Below, in pieces: positions 30,222 to 40,448 of a stretch of 64,000 nucleotides of DNA. The stretch is from an uncultured bacterium (GTDB taxonomy: Bacteria > Hydrothermota > Hydrothermia > B15-G9 > WFZT01): the NCBI GenBank assembly GCA_964398355.1, contig CAYNMM010000082.1:711-64710 (forward strand), given 5' to 3'. A model generated the notes under the pieces. It was given only the letters and a program-made list of their open reading frames with translations. It was not told the origin of the DNA and did not search any database. The stretch's first letter is position 1; every line of letters begins with the position of its first letter. Position numbers and translations under genes: made by a program.

Positions 30222-33200
30222 ATGAGAAGGGTTCTATATTTCTTCATCAGTATCTCCTTTGTTTTTATTGGGAGAATGAACGCCCAGCAATTTTCGGTAG
30301 GAGATACAGCCACTTTTAAATACTATGACGCAGGATTCTTTAGCGGTTTTTATACTGCAAAATATTTGTGTAGAGCTGTCACAGATAATGCATACATATT
30401 TAGCGAAGAGGTTCCATATCAAATAACAAAAGTCTACGTGGGTAATGGCCAGGTCATAGTTTTCGATCCCGCTAAGAAGTACTATCGCAAATTAAATGAT
30501 AACGACGTATTTTCTATTTTCGGTTATTCTGAGGATACGACATCATTGATCTATAACCTGAATCACACCGGGAAAGCTGCAATAAAACTTCTTAGAACGG
30601 GTGGTATTCAATTTTATACAGTGACGACGCAAGGATTATACCTTTATAACGTTTCTAATTGGTCCCTCAGATTGCCAAGACGTGATCTTGTTGATGTTGC
30701 CGTTTCTCCTAAAGTTCCTACATCTATAATAGGGTATTTCCCGTATTTCCTTGCAAAATATTCAATACTTACCACACTGAGAACGCCTTTAGGCAGAGTA
30801 ATCAAGTTGCCTCATGACCTCTTTATCGATGATGGATTTGAACCCGATTATTCCGAAGATACTTTACTTACTGATTGGACAACATCAGGAAACGTTAGCG
30901 TTGTCAGGTCTATTTTAATTTCCATACCCCACTATTTGATGCACCTCTCTGGGAATGCCAGTGCTTCAAAGTCATTTTCCTTACCAGCTACTATGTTTAA
31001 ATTTGAAATAACCCCAGTAATCACCCGCAACACTCCTGATGGTGTTGTTAGTTTCGAGGATCAATCCGGCACTTCAGCATTTTCTCTTACGTTCTTAGGT
31101 GATTCACTATTTTTGAATGGCAATAATTTGGGTGAATTCCAGCCATATAGTGTGCAGAAGATTGAGGGTGTCGTTAATATAAATGATGGATTATTGCAGA
31201 TTTATTTGAATGACTCCCTCGTCTACGATGATTCGAACTATACATTTGATGTCTCTCAGGTGTCCAAATTACAGATTTCATTAAATAGTGGTGAGCTGTT
31301 TTTAGATGACATCGCTGCTCAACCTATCGTATATACTATTGTTGGACATCATTCTAACAAGAACGCTTTTTATCTTGGTGCTGCGGATGGGCTTTATTTA
31401 TATAACTCTGGCACCTGGTCGAAAATTTATGACGGAAATGTGAGAATTGTGAGGCCAGTTAGTGACAACACTGTCTACATATTGTCTGATAATCTTATAT
31501 TGAAGACTGAGGATGGTGGAGCGAGCTGGGATACGTTGCCATCAACTACACTTGACTCAGTATATGATTTTGCGGTAAATCCTGATAATACTGACTTGTT
31601 GGTTGCTGTGGGAGTACCAGGAATTGTTAAATTTGCAGATGGTAGCTGGCAAAATATATCCGACTCTTTACTCAATTGGTCACCTCCAGAATTTGTTGAT
31701 ACAATTTACTCCGTTGGCTATTTAGATGATTCTACTATTGTTATTGGTACAGGACAGGGTGTTTTTATGAGTGAGGGAACCATTGAAAATCTTGTTGAGA
31801 AAAATAAAGGTATCTTAAAGAGTTTTATCACGAATGATGGTGTACAGTTGCTTGCTCAATATGTGGATAGTGCGTATACGACTATGAACACTTTCTTTGA
31901 TGGACTTGCAAGGGATGTGGATAATGATCCCAGAGTTTACGTGCTTGCAGGTGACTTGTCTGCAAAGCTTACCTCCGGGGAGACCAAAATTATTCCCATT
32001 CTCGGTGTCATGAATCCTGAACTGAATTATGTAGAGGATGCCAATCATCCACATGGCGATGGTCATGAAATAATAGAGATTGATGTGTATGATGATAGTT
32101 TAAATCAGTACGTTTCTTCAGCTTATGAGACCTGGAAATATGCGACTTATAGAGCAATGGCCAAACTGTTTTTCTGGACGCATGATACTAAGGAGGAGAA
32201 CTGGTTAATTGAAGGAATCGGGGGACTTGGTGAATACCTTGCAAAATACAATCCAGGTGATCCAGATACCGCAGAATATGAATTGAGCCCCCTTTATAGC
32301 TTGAAAAAAATCTTGGTAACTCCTTATAAGGTTGATCAATACGTTGCCAGTTTAAATAGACCATATCTCTTCCTTCTCCATTTATGGGCGAAATATGGCA
32401 TTCAGACACTACAATCTATTTATTCAGACGCAACTATTCCATCATCAGTTGTGGGATTAGCAAGAATAGCAAGAATTACTGGAGTCGATCAAAACGATCT
32501 TTATAAAGAATGGATTCTGGATGTATTTAAACATGAGAATATGGATCTCACACCTAATTTGAATGTTAATCTTATCGAAAGGTTGTTCCCTCCTTATTAT
32601 TCCACGATACAGTCATTATCTGATTGGTCATTCGGTGGATTTCAAATAGTGTTGACACAAAATGATACTCTCAATTATCTGAGATTTAACGGTGTCAATA
32701 TTAATGATTCAAGTGAATTTGATGTTTATTATGGGATCAGTGGTGGTACTCTCCACCATGTAACAGATTGGGGAGCTAATGGTGATAGAGTAATAACAGG
32801 ACTGACGAATACACAAGACACAACGGTATATAACTTCATTGTATTTTTTGCTGATAGTCAATTGTCTGACAATACTGCACTTTCTTATGCTGTTAAGAAG
32901 GATACAATTCCACCAACGGTGGATGTTGGTTATTTCCAGAATAGCCTTGCTGATAGGAATATTAATGTTTATTTATTTACAAATGAGCGGTTATTCGATG
33001 AGGTTATTGACACCATACCATCTCTTTATCTTATTTCAGGTCTTGATACAACGACAGCAGATCTCTCAATCTTCGACTCTTATAACGATACAATTATTTA
33101 TTCTTCAAACTTTACTCTCTCAAGTACCGGTAAGATTTATCTCAAAGCATCGCTACAAGATTTTGCTGGAAATGCAGTAGAAATAAGTGATTCTGTCCTT

Positions 33201-33830
33201 GCCTGGTATTTGCAGAGCGGTAGCAAACTCACTTTCACTGGATTTGATGGTGAAATATTACTCGAAATACCGGAAAACGCGATCTCAGTAGGGGGTTATG
33301 CTATTTACTCTATCTCAAATGGTGGTTTCTATAAAGTCTCCAATCCGGTTTATGTCTTCCCAAATGTACAGCTGAAATCGCCTGCTCGTGTGGAGTTAAA
33401 TTTGCCCAATGATGGAAAGAAAGATTATCACGTTTATGTCTGGTACAAAGGAACCTGGCATGACGCTGGTGGAATGCTGACGCCATCTGGAGACAGAATA
33501 GTTGCTTATATTAATACTCTTGGCCCATTAACATTGATGCAGACAAATGGTATTATACCACGGAGGTTTGCGTTTAAGCTTCTGGGCTCTCCAGTGATTC
33601 TCTCTAAAAAAGTATCCTTTGAGGTCTCTGTCCCTCATCCTACAAAGTTGAGCGTAAAAGTATACAACTTAAGTGGTAGAGAAGTCGCAAAATTGTTCGA
33701 TGGTAACATTAGTTCTGGTAAGTACAACTTTAGCTGGAGGGTTGAAAGTTTGCGTAATGGAGTATATTTCATTGTCGTAAAAGATTTGAGGAGTGGCGTA
33801 AGATTTTCTAAAAAAGTTGTAAAGTTTTGA
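30222..33830 (+). CDS. Large hypothetical secreted protein (1202 aa) with a BNR/Asp-box-like repeat and a C-terminal T9SS sorting domain
   Basis: Signal peptide MRRVLYFFISISFVFIGRMNAQQ. Asp-box-like TEDGGASWDT. C-terminal Por tail (KLSVKVYNLSGREVAKLFDG...NGVYFIVVKD...KVVKF). Confidence 0.7.
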   Translation: MRRVLYFFISISFVFIGRMNAQQFSVGDTATFKYYDAGFFSGFYTAKYLCRAVTDNAYIFSEEVPYQITKVYVGNGQVIVFDPAKKYYRKLNDNDVFSIFGYSEDTTSLIYNLNHTGKAAIKLLRTGGIQFYTVTTQGLYLYNVSNWSLRLPRRDLVDVAVSPKVPTSIIGYFPYFLAKYSILTTLRTPLGRVIKLPHDLFIDDGFEPDYSEDTLLTDWTTSGNVSVVRSILISIPHYLMHLSGNASASKSFSLPATMFKFEITPVITRNTPDGVVSFEDQSGTSAFSLTFLGDSLFLNGNNLGEFQPYSVQKIEGVVNINDGLLQIYLNDSLVYDDSNYTFDVSQVSKLQISLNSGELFLDDIAAQPIVYTIVGHHSNKNAFYLGAADGLYLYNSGTWSKIYDGNVRIVRPVSDNTVYILSDNLILKTEDGGASWDTLPSTTLDSVYDFAVNPDNTDLLVAVGVPGIVKFADGSWQNISDSLLNWSPPEFVDTIYSVGYLDDSTIVIGTGQGVFMSEGTIENLVEKNKGILKSFITNDGVQLLAQYVDSAYTTMNTFFDGLARDVDNDPRVYVLAGDLSAKLTSGETKIIPILGVMNPELNYVEDANHPHGDGHEIIEIDVYDDSLNQYVSSAYETWKYATYRAMAKLFFWTHDTKEENWLIEGIGGLGEYLAKYNPGDPDTAEYELSPLYSLKKILVTPYKVDQYVASLNRPYLFLLHLWAKYGIQTLQSIYSDATIPSSVVGLARIARITGVDQNDLYKEWILDVFKHENMDLTPNLNVNLIERLFPPYYSTIQSLSDWSFGGFQIVLTQNDTLNYLRFNGVNINDSSEFDVYYGISGGTLHHVTDWGANGDRVITGLTNTQDTTVYNFIVFFADSQLSDNTALSYAVKKDTIPPTVDVGYFQNSLADRNINVYLFTNERLFDEVIDTIPSLYLISGLDTTTADLSIFDSYNDTIIYSSNFTLSSTGKIYLKASLQDFAGNAVEISDSVLAWYLQSGSKLTFTGFDGEILLEIPENAISVGGYAIYSISNGGFYKVSNPVYVFPNVQLKSPARVELNLPNDGKKDYHVYVWYKGTWHDAGGMLTPSGDRIVAYINTLGPLTLMQTNGIIPRRFAFKLLGSPVILSKKVSFEVSVPHPTKLSVKVYNLSGREVAKLFDGNISSGKYNFSWRVESLRNGVYFIVVKDLRSGVRFSKKVVKF

Positions 33831-33861
33831 AATTAATCAAACTAAAAAGGAGGTAAATGTT

Positions 33862-36087
33862 ATGAAGAAGTATAAAGTGTTAGGTCTAATAGCTGCTCTG
33901 ATGTTCGTTGTTGGAACATCGAGAGCTGAGCTCGCTATCCTGACACCGGTGAATTCCAAAACGGGCCACAGTGATATTATCCCACTGAAAGATGCCAGAA
34001 AGGTGTCAGCTTTTATGCACAGTATACAGGCTAAGGGAGTGATAGACACCATTTCCTATTTCGATGTGAACAGTTTCTATATATATTCAGGTATAGATGT
34101 TGGTGATACAATGGTTGAGTGGTTTAAATCGGTAGCGGCATGTTCACTCCAGGCTGCTTACATGTATGTATTGAACAAGTATACTGCAAATAGTCAGGCA
34201 TACTTCTTCGTCTCTGGAGTTCCTGATTCACTTGCGCCAGTGTTTGATTCAACGTGGTATTATGGGATTGGACATCACTGGTATGACTATCACTTTGGTG
34301 CATCTTACTCTCTTCCTCCTGGTCCCTCTCCTATTGCGTATGATTCTGTATATTATAGCACAACTGTAAATGTCACTGGAGATACTTTGTTTTTACTCGG
34401 TAATTCTCTTCCGAACGCAGTTGATGTAGGAACGAAACCATTCCTTGTGGGATTCACACCTCTTACAGATGGGAGTGGTAGTTCTGATGAGCCCTGGGCA
34501 ATTATCAGTGCTGGTGCAGCTGGAAATAATTACGGATATCATGCCCTTGTATATCAACAGGATTTTGGTTCATCTTTCCCTGGAGCATCCCCTGGATGGT
34601 ATGCTAACTGGCATACATATTGGGCATACGCCATAGTTAATATTTATGAAAACCCGGCTCCATTCATCAATTCCGTTACGAAGTTACCCTGGACTTACGA
34701 CCTCGATGGTCCATTTACCATTCAGGCAGATTTGAATGATTTTGGTGTCCCTTCTGATTCATCAGGAGTTGCTTATGCAGAACTGGAAGTTTGGGTCGGC
34801 TCAGATGCCACTGATACTCTCCATATCCCAATGACGCTCGTAAGTGGAGATTCTACAGCAGGAATATGGCAAGCAGTTTATACACCTTCGACTGCTTTGA
34901 ACGTTGGTGACACTGTATTCTACACAGTAATGGCAAGAGATGTTCAGGGAGCTGAATCATACTATAGTCATATCTATTTCTTCTCCACGCTTCAGCAGAC
35001 CACAAACCAGATTCTTTATGTACTTGATGCAGGTGCAGCTACAAGGGATAGGGATGTAGATTTTGCCTCTGTATTCCAGGCATTGGGTTATCAGGTTGAC
35101 GTGTACGATGCTTATCATTGGGGTTCACCAGATGCGACTGTTCTCCTTGGTCAAGGTGGATATTCCCAGCCTTATCAGATGGTTTTCTGGACAGGTTGGG
35201 GAAGTGGAGCTTTCGCTGCTGACACAGCTTTAATTGCCCAGTATCTCGACAATGGTGGAAAACTTGTAATCTCTGATGAAGATTTTGTCGTTGGTGGATT
35301 TGGACTTGGAGACTATGGTCAGTGGACTGACATACCAGAGGGAAGTTTCCTTTACAACTATCTGAAGATCGCTTCCGTATTTGATGATTATGTTGGTACA
35401 TCCCCTGATGATGGAGGATACACTGCAAACTCCGATACAATTATCAGCCTCACTGGAGAGGCAACGAATCCAGTTGGACAGGCTTTCGCTAACGATTCAA
35501 TAACACTCTATCCTTACGCTCATCAGGTCGACAGTACAACCTACGGCAGTTACAACTACGTCGGTGCTGTGATTAATAATGGTGAAGCAAGTGATGCATT
35601 CTATATGCCTGATGGAACCCCAACAGCTATTACTTACAATGGTACATACAGAGCTGCAGTTCTTTATTGGCCATTCACTTATCTTGTTGACTCTGTGACT
35701 GTTGATACATCAGGTGCTGTAACAGGATTTGTTTATGATCAAACAAGGACACAGACACTTATGTCAGCACTCATAAACTTCCTCACTACTGGAGTTGCAG
35801 AATCCAATCCTACTCCGGTGAATGGGCTGAAACTTGCTGTAAGGAACAACCTTGCCCTTAACGGAAAAGTTTCCATAAGCTTTGCTATTCCTACGGCTGG
35901 TAAAGTGGATGTTTCCGTATTCGATGCGTCTGGAAGGAAAGTGACAACACTGTTTAGTGGAAATCTCAATAAAGCCGGACTGTACACTACGCACTGGAAT
36001 GCAGATGGTGTAAGACCAGGTGTGTACTTCGTGAGATTGCAGACGAATGCAGGTTCTCTCACAAAGAAAGCGATGATCCTTAAGTAA
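33862..36087 (+). CDS. Hypothetical secreted protein (741 aa) with a C-terminal T9SS sorting domain
   Basis: Signal peptide MKKYKVLGLIAALMFVVGTSRA. The central region has a GATase1/ThuA-like flavour (GGKLVISDEDFVVGG). C-terminal Por tail (KVDVSVFDASGRKVTTLFSG...PGVYFVRLQTNAGSLTKKAMILK). Confidence 0.7.
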   Translation: MKKYKVLGLIAALMFVVGTSRAELAILTPVNSKTGHSDIIPLKDARKVSAFMHSIQAKGVIDTISYFDVNSFYIYSGIDVGDTMVEWFKSVAACSLQAAYMYVLNKYTANSQAYFFVSGVPDSLAPVFDSTWYYGIGHHWYDYHFGASYSLPPGPSPIAYDSVYYSTTVNVTGDTLFLLGNSLPNAVDVGTKPFLVGFTPLTDGSGSSDEPWAIISAGAAGNNYGYHALVYQQDFGSSFPGASPGWYANWHTYWAYAIVNIYENPAPFINSVTKLPWTYDLDGPFTIQADLNDFGVPSDSSGVAYAELEVWVGSDATDTLHIPMTLVSGDSTAGIWQAVYTPSTALNVGDTVFYTVMARDVQGAESYYSHIYFFSTLQQTTNQILYVLDAGAATRDRDVDFASVFQALGYQVDVYDAYHWGSPDATVLLGQGGYSQPYQMVFWTGWGSGAFAADTALIAQYLDNGGKLVISDEDFVVGGFGLGDYGQWTDIPEGSFLYNYLKIASVFDDYVGTSPDDGGYTANSDTIISLTGEATNPVGQAFANDSITLYPYAHQVDSTTYGSYNYVGAVINNGEASDAFYMPDGTPTAITYNGTYRAAVLYWPFTYLVDSVTVDTSGAVTGFVYDQTRTQTLMSALINFLTTGVAESNPTPVNGLKLAVRNNLALNGKVSISFAIPTAGKVDVSVFDASGRKVTTLFSGNLNKAGLYTTHWNADGVRPGVYFVRLQTNAGSLTKKAMILK

Positions 36088-36114
36088 ATTAGGATGAGAT
36101 AGATTTGGAATATT

Positions 36115-36151
36115 GGCGGGGCAGGCCACATTAGTGGCCTGCCCCGCCTTT
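36115..36151 (+). terminator. Rho-independent terminator hairpin (13-bp GC-rich perfect stem, 8-nt loop, then TTT)
   Basis: GGCGGGGCAGGCC-acattagt-GGCCTGCCCCGCC followed by TTTCAATC, directly after the 741-aa T9SS cargo gene. Confidence 0.75.
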
Positions 36152-36160
36152 CAATCTACT

Positions 36161-37222
36161 ATGAAAGATCTCTTCGCTGGTGTTATGGCCGGTGGCAAAG
36201 GGGAGCGTTTGTGGCCCCTTTCCCGCGAATCCCACCCAAAACAATTCCTGAAAATAGGACGAAAAAAAACTCTTATCGAACTTACAGTTGAGAGACTTGA
36301 AAATCTTGTCCCACCTGAAAACATTTTCTTTATCACTACAGAAAAACTTAGAAAAAAATTTGAAGAGTATTTCCCCGATTACCACAAACTTTATGAACCA
36401 GTGGGAAAAAATACAGCAGCTGCATGTGCCTTCGTAGCACAGGTGGTTCAACAGGTTGCAGGAGATAATGCTATTATCTTTATGGTGCCTGCTGATCACG
36501 TTATCGTTGACCTCGAGGGATTCAAAAAAACGGTTGAATTTGCAACCGATGTCGCCAGAAAAGGATTTCTGGTTACGCTTGGGATCATACCTGATAGACC
36601 TGAGACTGGTTACGGTTACATTGAACGAGATGGAATTTTACAGGAAAAAGAGGATTTAAAGGCATTTAAAGTGAAAAAGTTTCACGAGAAACCATCAAGG
36701 GAGAAGGCGATAGAATATCTGAGATCGGGTAATTTTTATTGGAATAGCGGGATGTTTGCGTGGCGTGTAGGCGATATAATGAACGCTTTTAAAATGTATA
36801 TGCCCGGGCTTTATGCATTACTTGAAAAATATGATCTCACGAAAACAGAGGATATCCTTGCTTTTTATGGAGAAGTTGAGGAAACATCAATTGACTATGG
36901 TATTATGGAAAAAGCAAAGAATATTGCAGTTGTAGAAGCGTTGTTTGACTGGGAAGATGTGGGCTCTTTCTCTTCGTTTGATCGGGTTGTTGAGACCGAT
37001 GAAAATGAGAACGTAATAATTGGTGATGCAGTTGTTCTCGGTGGAAGGAAAAATATAGTGGTTTCAAGTGGAGGACTTGTAGCAATTTATGGTGTTGAAG
37101 ATATGGTGGTTATCCATACTCAGGATGTTACCCTTGTAATACCACGTGAAGAAGCTCAGAATGTCAAAAAATTACTTAGGGAAGTCAGGAAAATAGAGGG
37201 ATTCGAAAGCTATTGGAAATGA
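36161..37222 (+). CDS. manC: Mannose-1-phosphate guanylyltransferase (GDP-mannose pyrophosphorylase)
   Basis: MKDLFAGVMAGGKGERLWPLS...PKQFL nucleotidyltransferase N-terminus with a left-handed helix/cupin-type C-terminus. I placed the start after the terminator hairpin rather than at the ORF-track ATG inside the hairpin. Confidence 0.8.
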   Translation: MKDLFAGVMAGGKGERLWPLSRESHPKQFLKIGRKKTLIELTVERLENLVPPENIFFITTEKLRKKFEEYFPDYHKLYEPVGKNTAAACAFVAQVVQQVAGDNAIIFMVPADHVIVDLEGFKKTVEFATDVARKGFLVTLGIIPDRPETGYGYIERDGILQEKEDLKAFKVKKFHEKPSREKAIEYLRSGNFYWNSGMFAWRVGDIMNAFKMYMPGLYALLEKYDLTKTEDILAFYGEVEETSIDYGIMEKAKNIAVVEALFDWEDVGSFSSFDRVVETDENENVIIGDAVVLGGRKNIVVSSGGLVAIYGVEDMVVIHTQDVTLVIPREEAQNVKKLLREVRKIEGFESYWK

Positions 37223-38634
37223 GTAATGTACTTGCGACTGTAGTACTTTTCTTTGCTATTTTTGGACTTGTTGGTTTCTCCGAAATACTCCACAGAAGAG
37301 GATTAGTTTCTGCAGAAATCTCCAGGAAAATTGTACATATTGGGGTTGGGACTCTCATATTTTTTGCATATCCATTTCTCAAAGGGCCTCTCCCGGTAAT
37401 TATTCTTTCTACACTCTTTATAGTCATAAATTCTATTACACTTATGCTGGGTGTATTTAAAGGGATGGAAGGTGTAGATAGAGAGTCTTTGGGCACAGTT
37501 TTGTATCCTCTGTCTGTTTTGATTATCACATTTATATTCTTCTGGGATAGAATGATTTATTTTACGAGCCTCTCAGCACTATTTTATGGAGATGCTTTTG
37601 CGGCTATTATTGGTAGGAAGTGGCCTTTGAAGGTTTTCCGTACCAGGATGGGGACGAAAAGTCTGGCAGGATCTCTTACACTCGGAGTTATTGTATTTGG
37701 AATTTTGGTCGTTATTTTTAAACTAAATCTCTTTGCTGCTCTTGTTTTATCGATTCTTGCGATTGCACTCGAAGCAGGGTTTTATGGTGGAATTGACAAC
37801 TTATCACTTCCACTGGGTCTCGCTTTTTTTCTTTTCTATTTTAAACAATCCGGATTAAGCCCAAATTTTGTGTATGGTTTTATTCTTGCCTTTATTCTTG
37901 CTGTAATTTCCATTTCATTAAAATTCCTCACATTTGATGGAAGTGTTGTGATGTTTCTTGTTGGTGTTCTTATTTTTTCTATCGGTGGTGTAAAATGGGG
38001 ATTTCCAATAATTACCTTCTTTATAACATCGAGCATTTTGACAAAATTAGTCAAAGGGAAGAGTGTTGTAAAAAGTGGTGAAGCCAGAGATTCTATTCAG
38101 GTTCTGGCCAATGGAGGATTACCCGCTTTGTTTGTCCTCTTAAATTATCTGACTCCATGGAAGTACTGGTATGTATTGTATATAGTGAGTCTTGCAGTTG
38201 TTAATTCTGATACCTGGTCTACAGAAATTGGTACTTTAAGTAAATTCATGCCAAGATCTATAATAAATTGGAAGGAACTTCCCAAAGGAAGTTCAGGGGC
38301 AGTTTCAATTTGTGGCTCTCTTGGTGGATTTATTGGTAGTTTTCTAATCGCCTCCTTTTTGCTCATTTACGGATTTAACTTCAAACTCTTTTTCATTGCC
38401 GGATTCGCGGGATTCCTGGGGAATATTATCGATAGTTTGCTTGGAGCAACTGTAGAAGTTCAATACTTATGTAGAAACTGTGGTGGAATTTTTGACATTG
38501 ACACTCACTGTGGAGAAAAGCTTGAGTATTTACGAGGAATTAAATGGTTTGGTAATAACATGGTCAATTTTACTGCGTCCCTTCTTGGTAGTATAATAGC
38601 AGCATTGATTTTCTGGATCGGAGGTATAAAATGA
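37213..38634 (+). CDS. Polytopic membrane protein: CTP-dependent polyprenol/dolichol-kinase-like N-terminal half, DUF92-like C-terminal half, and a C-terminal CxxC...HC zinc-ribbon-like motif
   Basis: 473 aa with at least 12 predicted transmembrane helices. The N-terminus ([17 protein letters not shown]...[14 protein letters not shown]) resembles the DolK/phytol kinase/CdsA-like family. It ends with [16 protein letters not shown]. Confidence 0.45.
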   Translation: MEMSNVLATVVLFFAIFGLVGFSEILHRRGLVSAEISRKIVHIGVGTLIFFAYPFLKGPLPVIILSTLFIVINSITLMLGVFKGMEGVDRESLGTVLYPLSVLIITFIFFWDRMIYFTSLSALFYGDAFAAIIGRKWPLKVFRTRMGTKSLAGSLTLGVIVFGILVVIFKLNLFAALVLSILAIALEAGFYGGIDNLSLPLGLAFFLFYFKQSGLSPNFVYGFILAFILAVISISLKFLTFDGSVVMFLVGVLIFSIGGVKWGFPIITFFITSSILTKLVKGKSVVKSGEARDSIQVLANGGLPALFVLLNYLTPWKYWYVLYIVSLAVVNSDTWSTEIGTLSKFMPRSIINWKELPKGSSGAVSICGSLGGFIGSFLIASFLLIYGFNFKLFFIAGFAGFLGNIIDSLLGATVEVQYLCRNCGGIFDIDTHCGEKLEYLRGIKWFGNNMVNFTASLLGSIIAALIFWIGGIK

Positions 38635-39044
38635 AATCATTCACAAGATATTTGACCTTCAACACGAAAAAATTGAGGGAGATCATAAATATTACTCCTG
38701 AAGTTGAAAAAGCTTTAATGGATAGTGGCATCAAAGAGGGTCTAATACTTGTCTCTGCAATGCATGTAACAGCAGGAGTTTATATTAATGATGACGAACC
38801 CGGGATTATTCAGGATATTCTTGAGTGGGTGGAAAAACTTGCGCCAACAAGGAAAGATTACAGACACCACCTAACAGGTGAAACGAATGGGGACGCCCAT
38901 CTCAAAAGCCTTCTTATTCATCATCAGGTCGTTATTCCAGTAACTGAGGGGAGGTTGGACTTTGGACCATGGCAGCAAGTGTTTTACGCAGAGTTTGATG
39001 GACAACGCCCCAAAAGAGTTTTGATTAAAATTATTGGAGAGTAA
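38631..39044 (+). CDS. yjbQ: YjbQ/UPF0047 family protein (secondary thiamine-phosphate synthase-like)
   Basis: [21 protein letters not shown]...[26 protein letters not shown], typical of UPF0047; 137 aa. Confidence 0.75.
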   Translation: MKSFTRYLTFNTKKLREIINITPEVEKALMDSGIKEGLILVSAMHVTAGVYINDDEPGIIQDILEWVEKLAPTRKDYRHHLTGETNGDAHLKSLLIHHQVVIPVTEGRLDFGPWQQVFYAEFDGQRPKRVLIKIIGE

Positions 39045-39098
39045 GAGGATCGATTAAGTAAACTGAGTTAGGGGATTTTTTGATAGGGAGGATCTTTT

Positions 39099-40439
39099 AT
39101 GAAAAGTCTTCTTTTCACAGTATCAGGGCTTAGAGGTATCGTGGGTGAAACTTTAACTCCGGATGTGATAATGAAGTACACACATGCATTCTCAAGAGTT
39201 AATGGAACAGGTACCTATTACATTGGAATGGATACACGCCCACATGGAGAGATGGTTAAATCTTCAGCTGTTTCAACACTCCTTGCGTCAGGAAACAATG
39301 TGATTGACGTAGGCATTGTTCCCACACCTACACTATTGTTTGTGGTCAGAGACCGGGGAGCAAAGGGGGGAATTGTGGTCACTGCAAGTCATAATCCCGT
39401 TGAATGGAATGCACTTAAATTGGTTAAAGAAGGGGGCATATTCACCTTTGATGAAGATGTTAAGAGAATAAAAAATTTTCTTCAGGAAAAATTTTTATGG
39501 GCCAGTTGGAATAGAGTAGGAAAATTTAGTGAGTACACATCTGCAATAGATGACCACATAGATAAGATTTTGAGGTCGAGATTTATCGATAAGAACAAGA
39601 TTAAAAAGTCCAATTTTAGAATTGCGGTGGATGTGGTAAACGGCGCAAATTATTACGCTCTACCCCATCTTCTTGATAGAATAGGAATTACTGATGTAAC
39701 CTGTTTAAATTGTAATCCCACGGGGATTTTCCCTCACCCACCAGAGCCCAAAAAAGAAAACTTGAAAGAGTTGGACGAGCTTCTTCTGAAAGGTGAGGCG
39801 GATATAGGGTTTGCCACCGATCCTGACGGAGATAGACTCCTTGTTGGATTTAGAGAAGTAGGATTACTCACCGAGGAGCATACAATTGTTCTTGCTGCTC
39901 CACAAATATTGAAATACAGAAAGGCTGATATTGTCGTGAATCTTTCCACCTCCATGATGATTGAAGAAGTAGCCGAAAAATTTGGAGTAAGAGTTTTAAG
40001 GAGCAAAGTAGGGGAGGCGAATGTTGTTCAAAAAATGCAGGAGATCGGGAGTGTATTCGGGGGTGAGGGGAACGGTGGAGTTATAGTTCCTGAGATTAAC
40101 GCCACGAGAGATTCTCTTGTTGGTACGGCACTGATTCTTGCAAGGGTGGCTGAGGAAGGGATAGATAGAATAATAGAAAGTTTACCCCGTGGGTTTGTCC
40201 TGGTAAAAGAAAAAGTGGGCTTCAGAGTGGAAATTCCTGAGGATATGCTAATAAAAGAGTTTAATCCAGAGTATGTTGATAAATCAGATGGTCTTTATTT
40301 ACGTGGAAAAGATTACTGGATTCACGTCAGGCCTTCCAATACCGAGCCGATAATGAGGATATATGCTGAAGCGAGGAATGATGACTTTGTCAGGAGACTT
40401 GTGGAGAGGACACGGAGAATACTCGAATTGGTTAGGTAG
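39099..40439 (+). CDS. Phosphomannomutase/phosphoglucomutase (alpha-D-phosphohexomutase family)
   Basis: Active-site motif TASHNP (GIVVTASHNPVEWNALK) and metal-binding GFATDPDGDR; 446 aa. Confidence 0.8.
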   Translation: MKSLLFTVSGLRGIVGETLTPDVIMKYTHAFSRVNGTGTYYIGMDTRPHGEMVKSSAVSTLLASGNNVIDVGIVPTPTLLFVVRDRGAKGGIVVTASHNPVEWNALKLVKEGGIFTFDEDVKRIKNFLQEKFLWASWNRVGKFSEYTSAIDDHIDKILRSRFIDKNKIKKSNFRIAVDVVNGANYYALPHLLDRIGITDVTCLNCNPTGIFPHPPEPKKENLKELDELLLKGEADIGFATDPDGDRLLVGFREVGLLTEEHTIVLAAPQILKYRKADIVVNLSTSMMIEEVAEKFGVRVLRSKVGEANVVQKMQEIGSVFGGEGNGGVIVPEINATRDSLVGTALILARVAEEGIDRIIESLPRGFVLVKEKVGFRVEIPEDMLIKEFNPEYVDKSDGLYLRGKDYWIHVRPSNTEPIMRIYAEARNDDFVRRLVERTRRILELVR

Positions 40440-40448
40440 TATTGGATA

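Noticed and set aside
36113-36160. The ORF-track start of manC at 36113 (MAGQATLVACPAFQSTMKDL...)
   Set aside because: The first 12 codons are the GC-rich terminator hairpin. The conserved N-terminus of mannose-1-phosphate guanylyltransferases begins at MKDLFAGVMAGG (36161).
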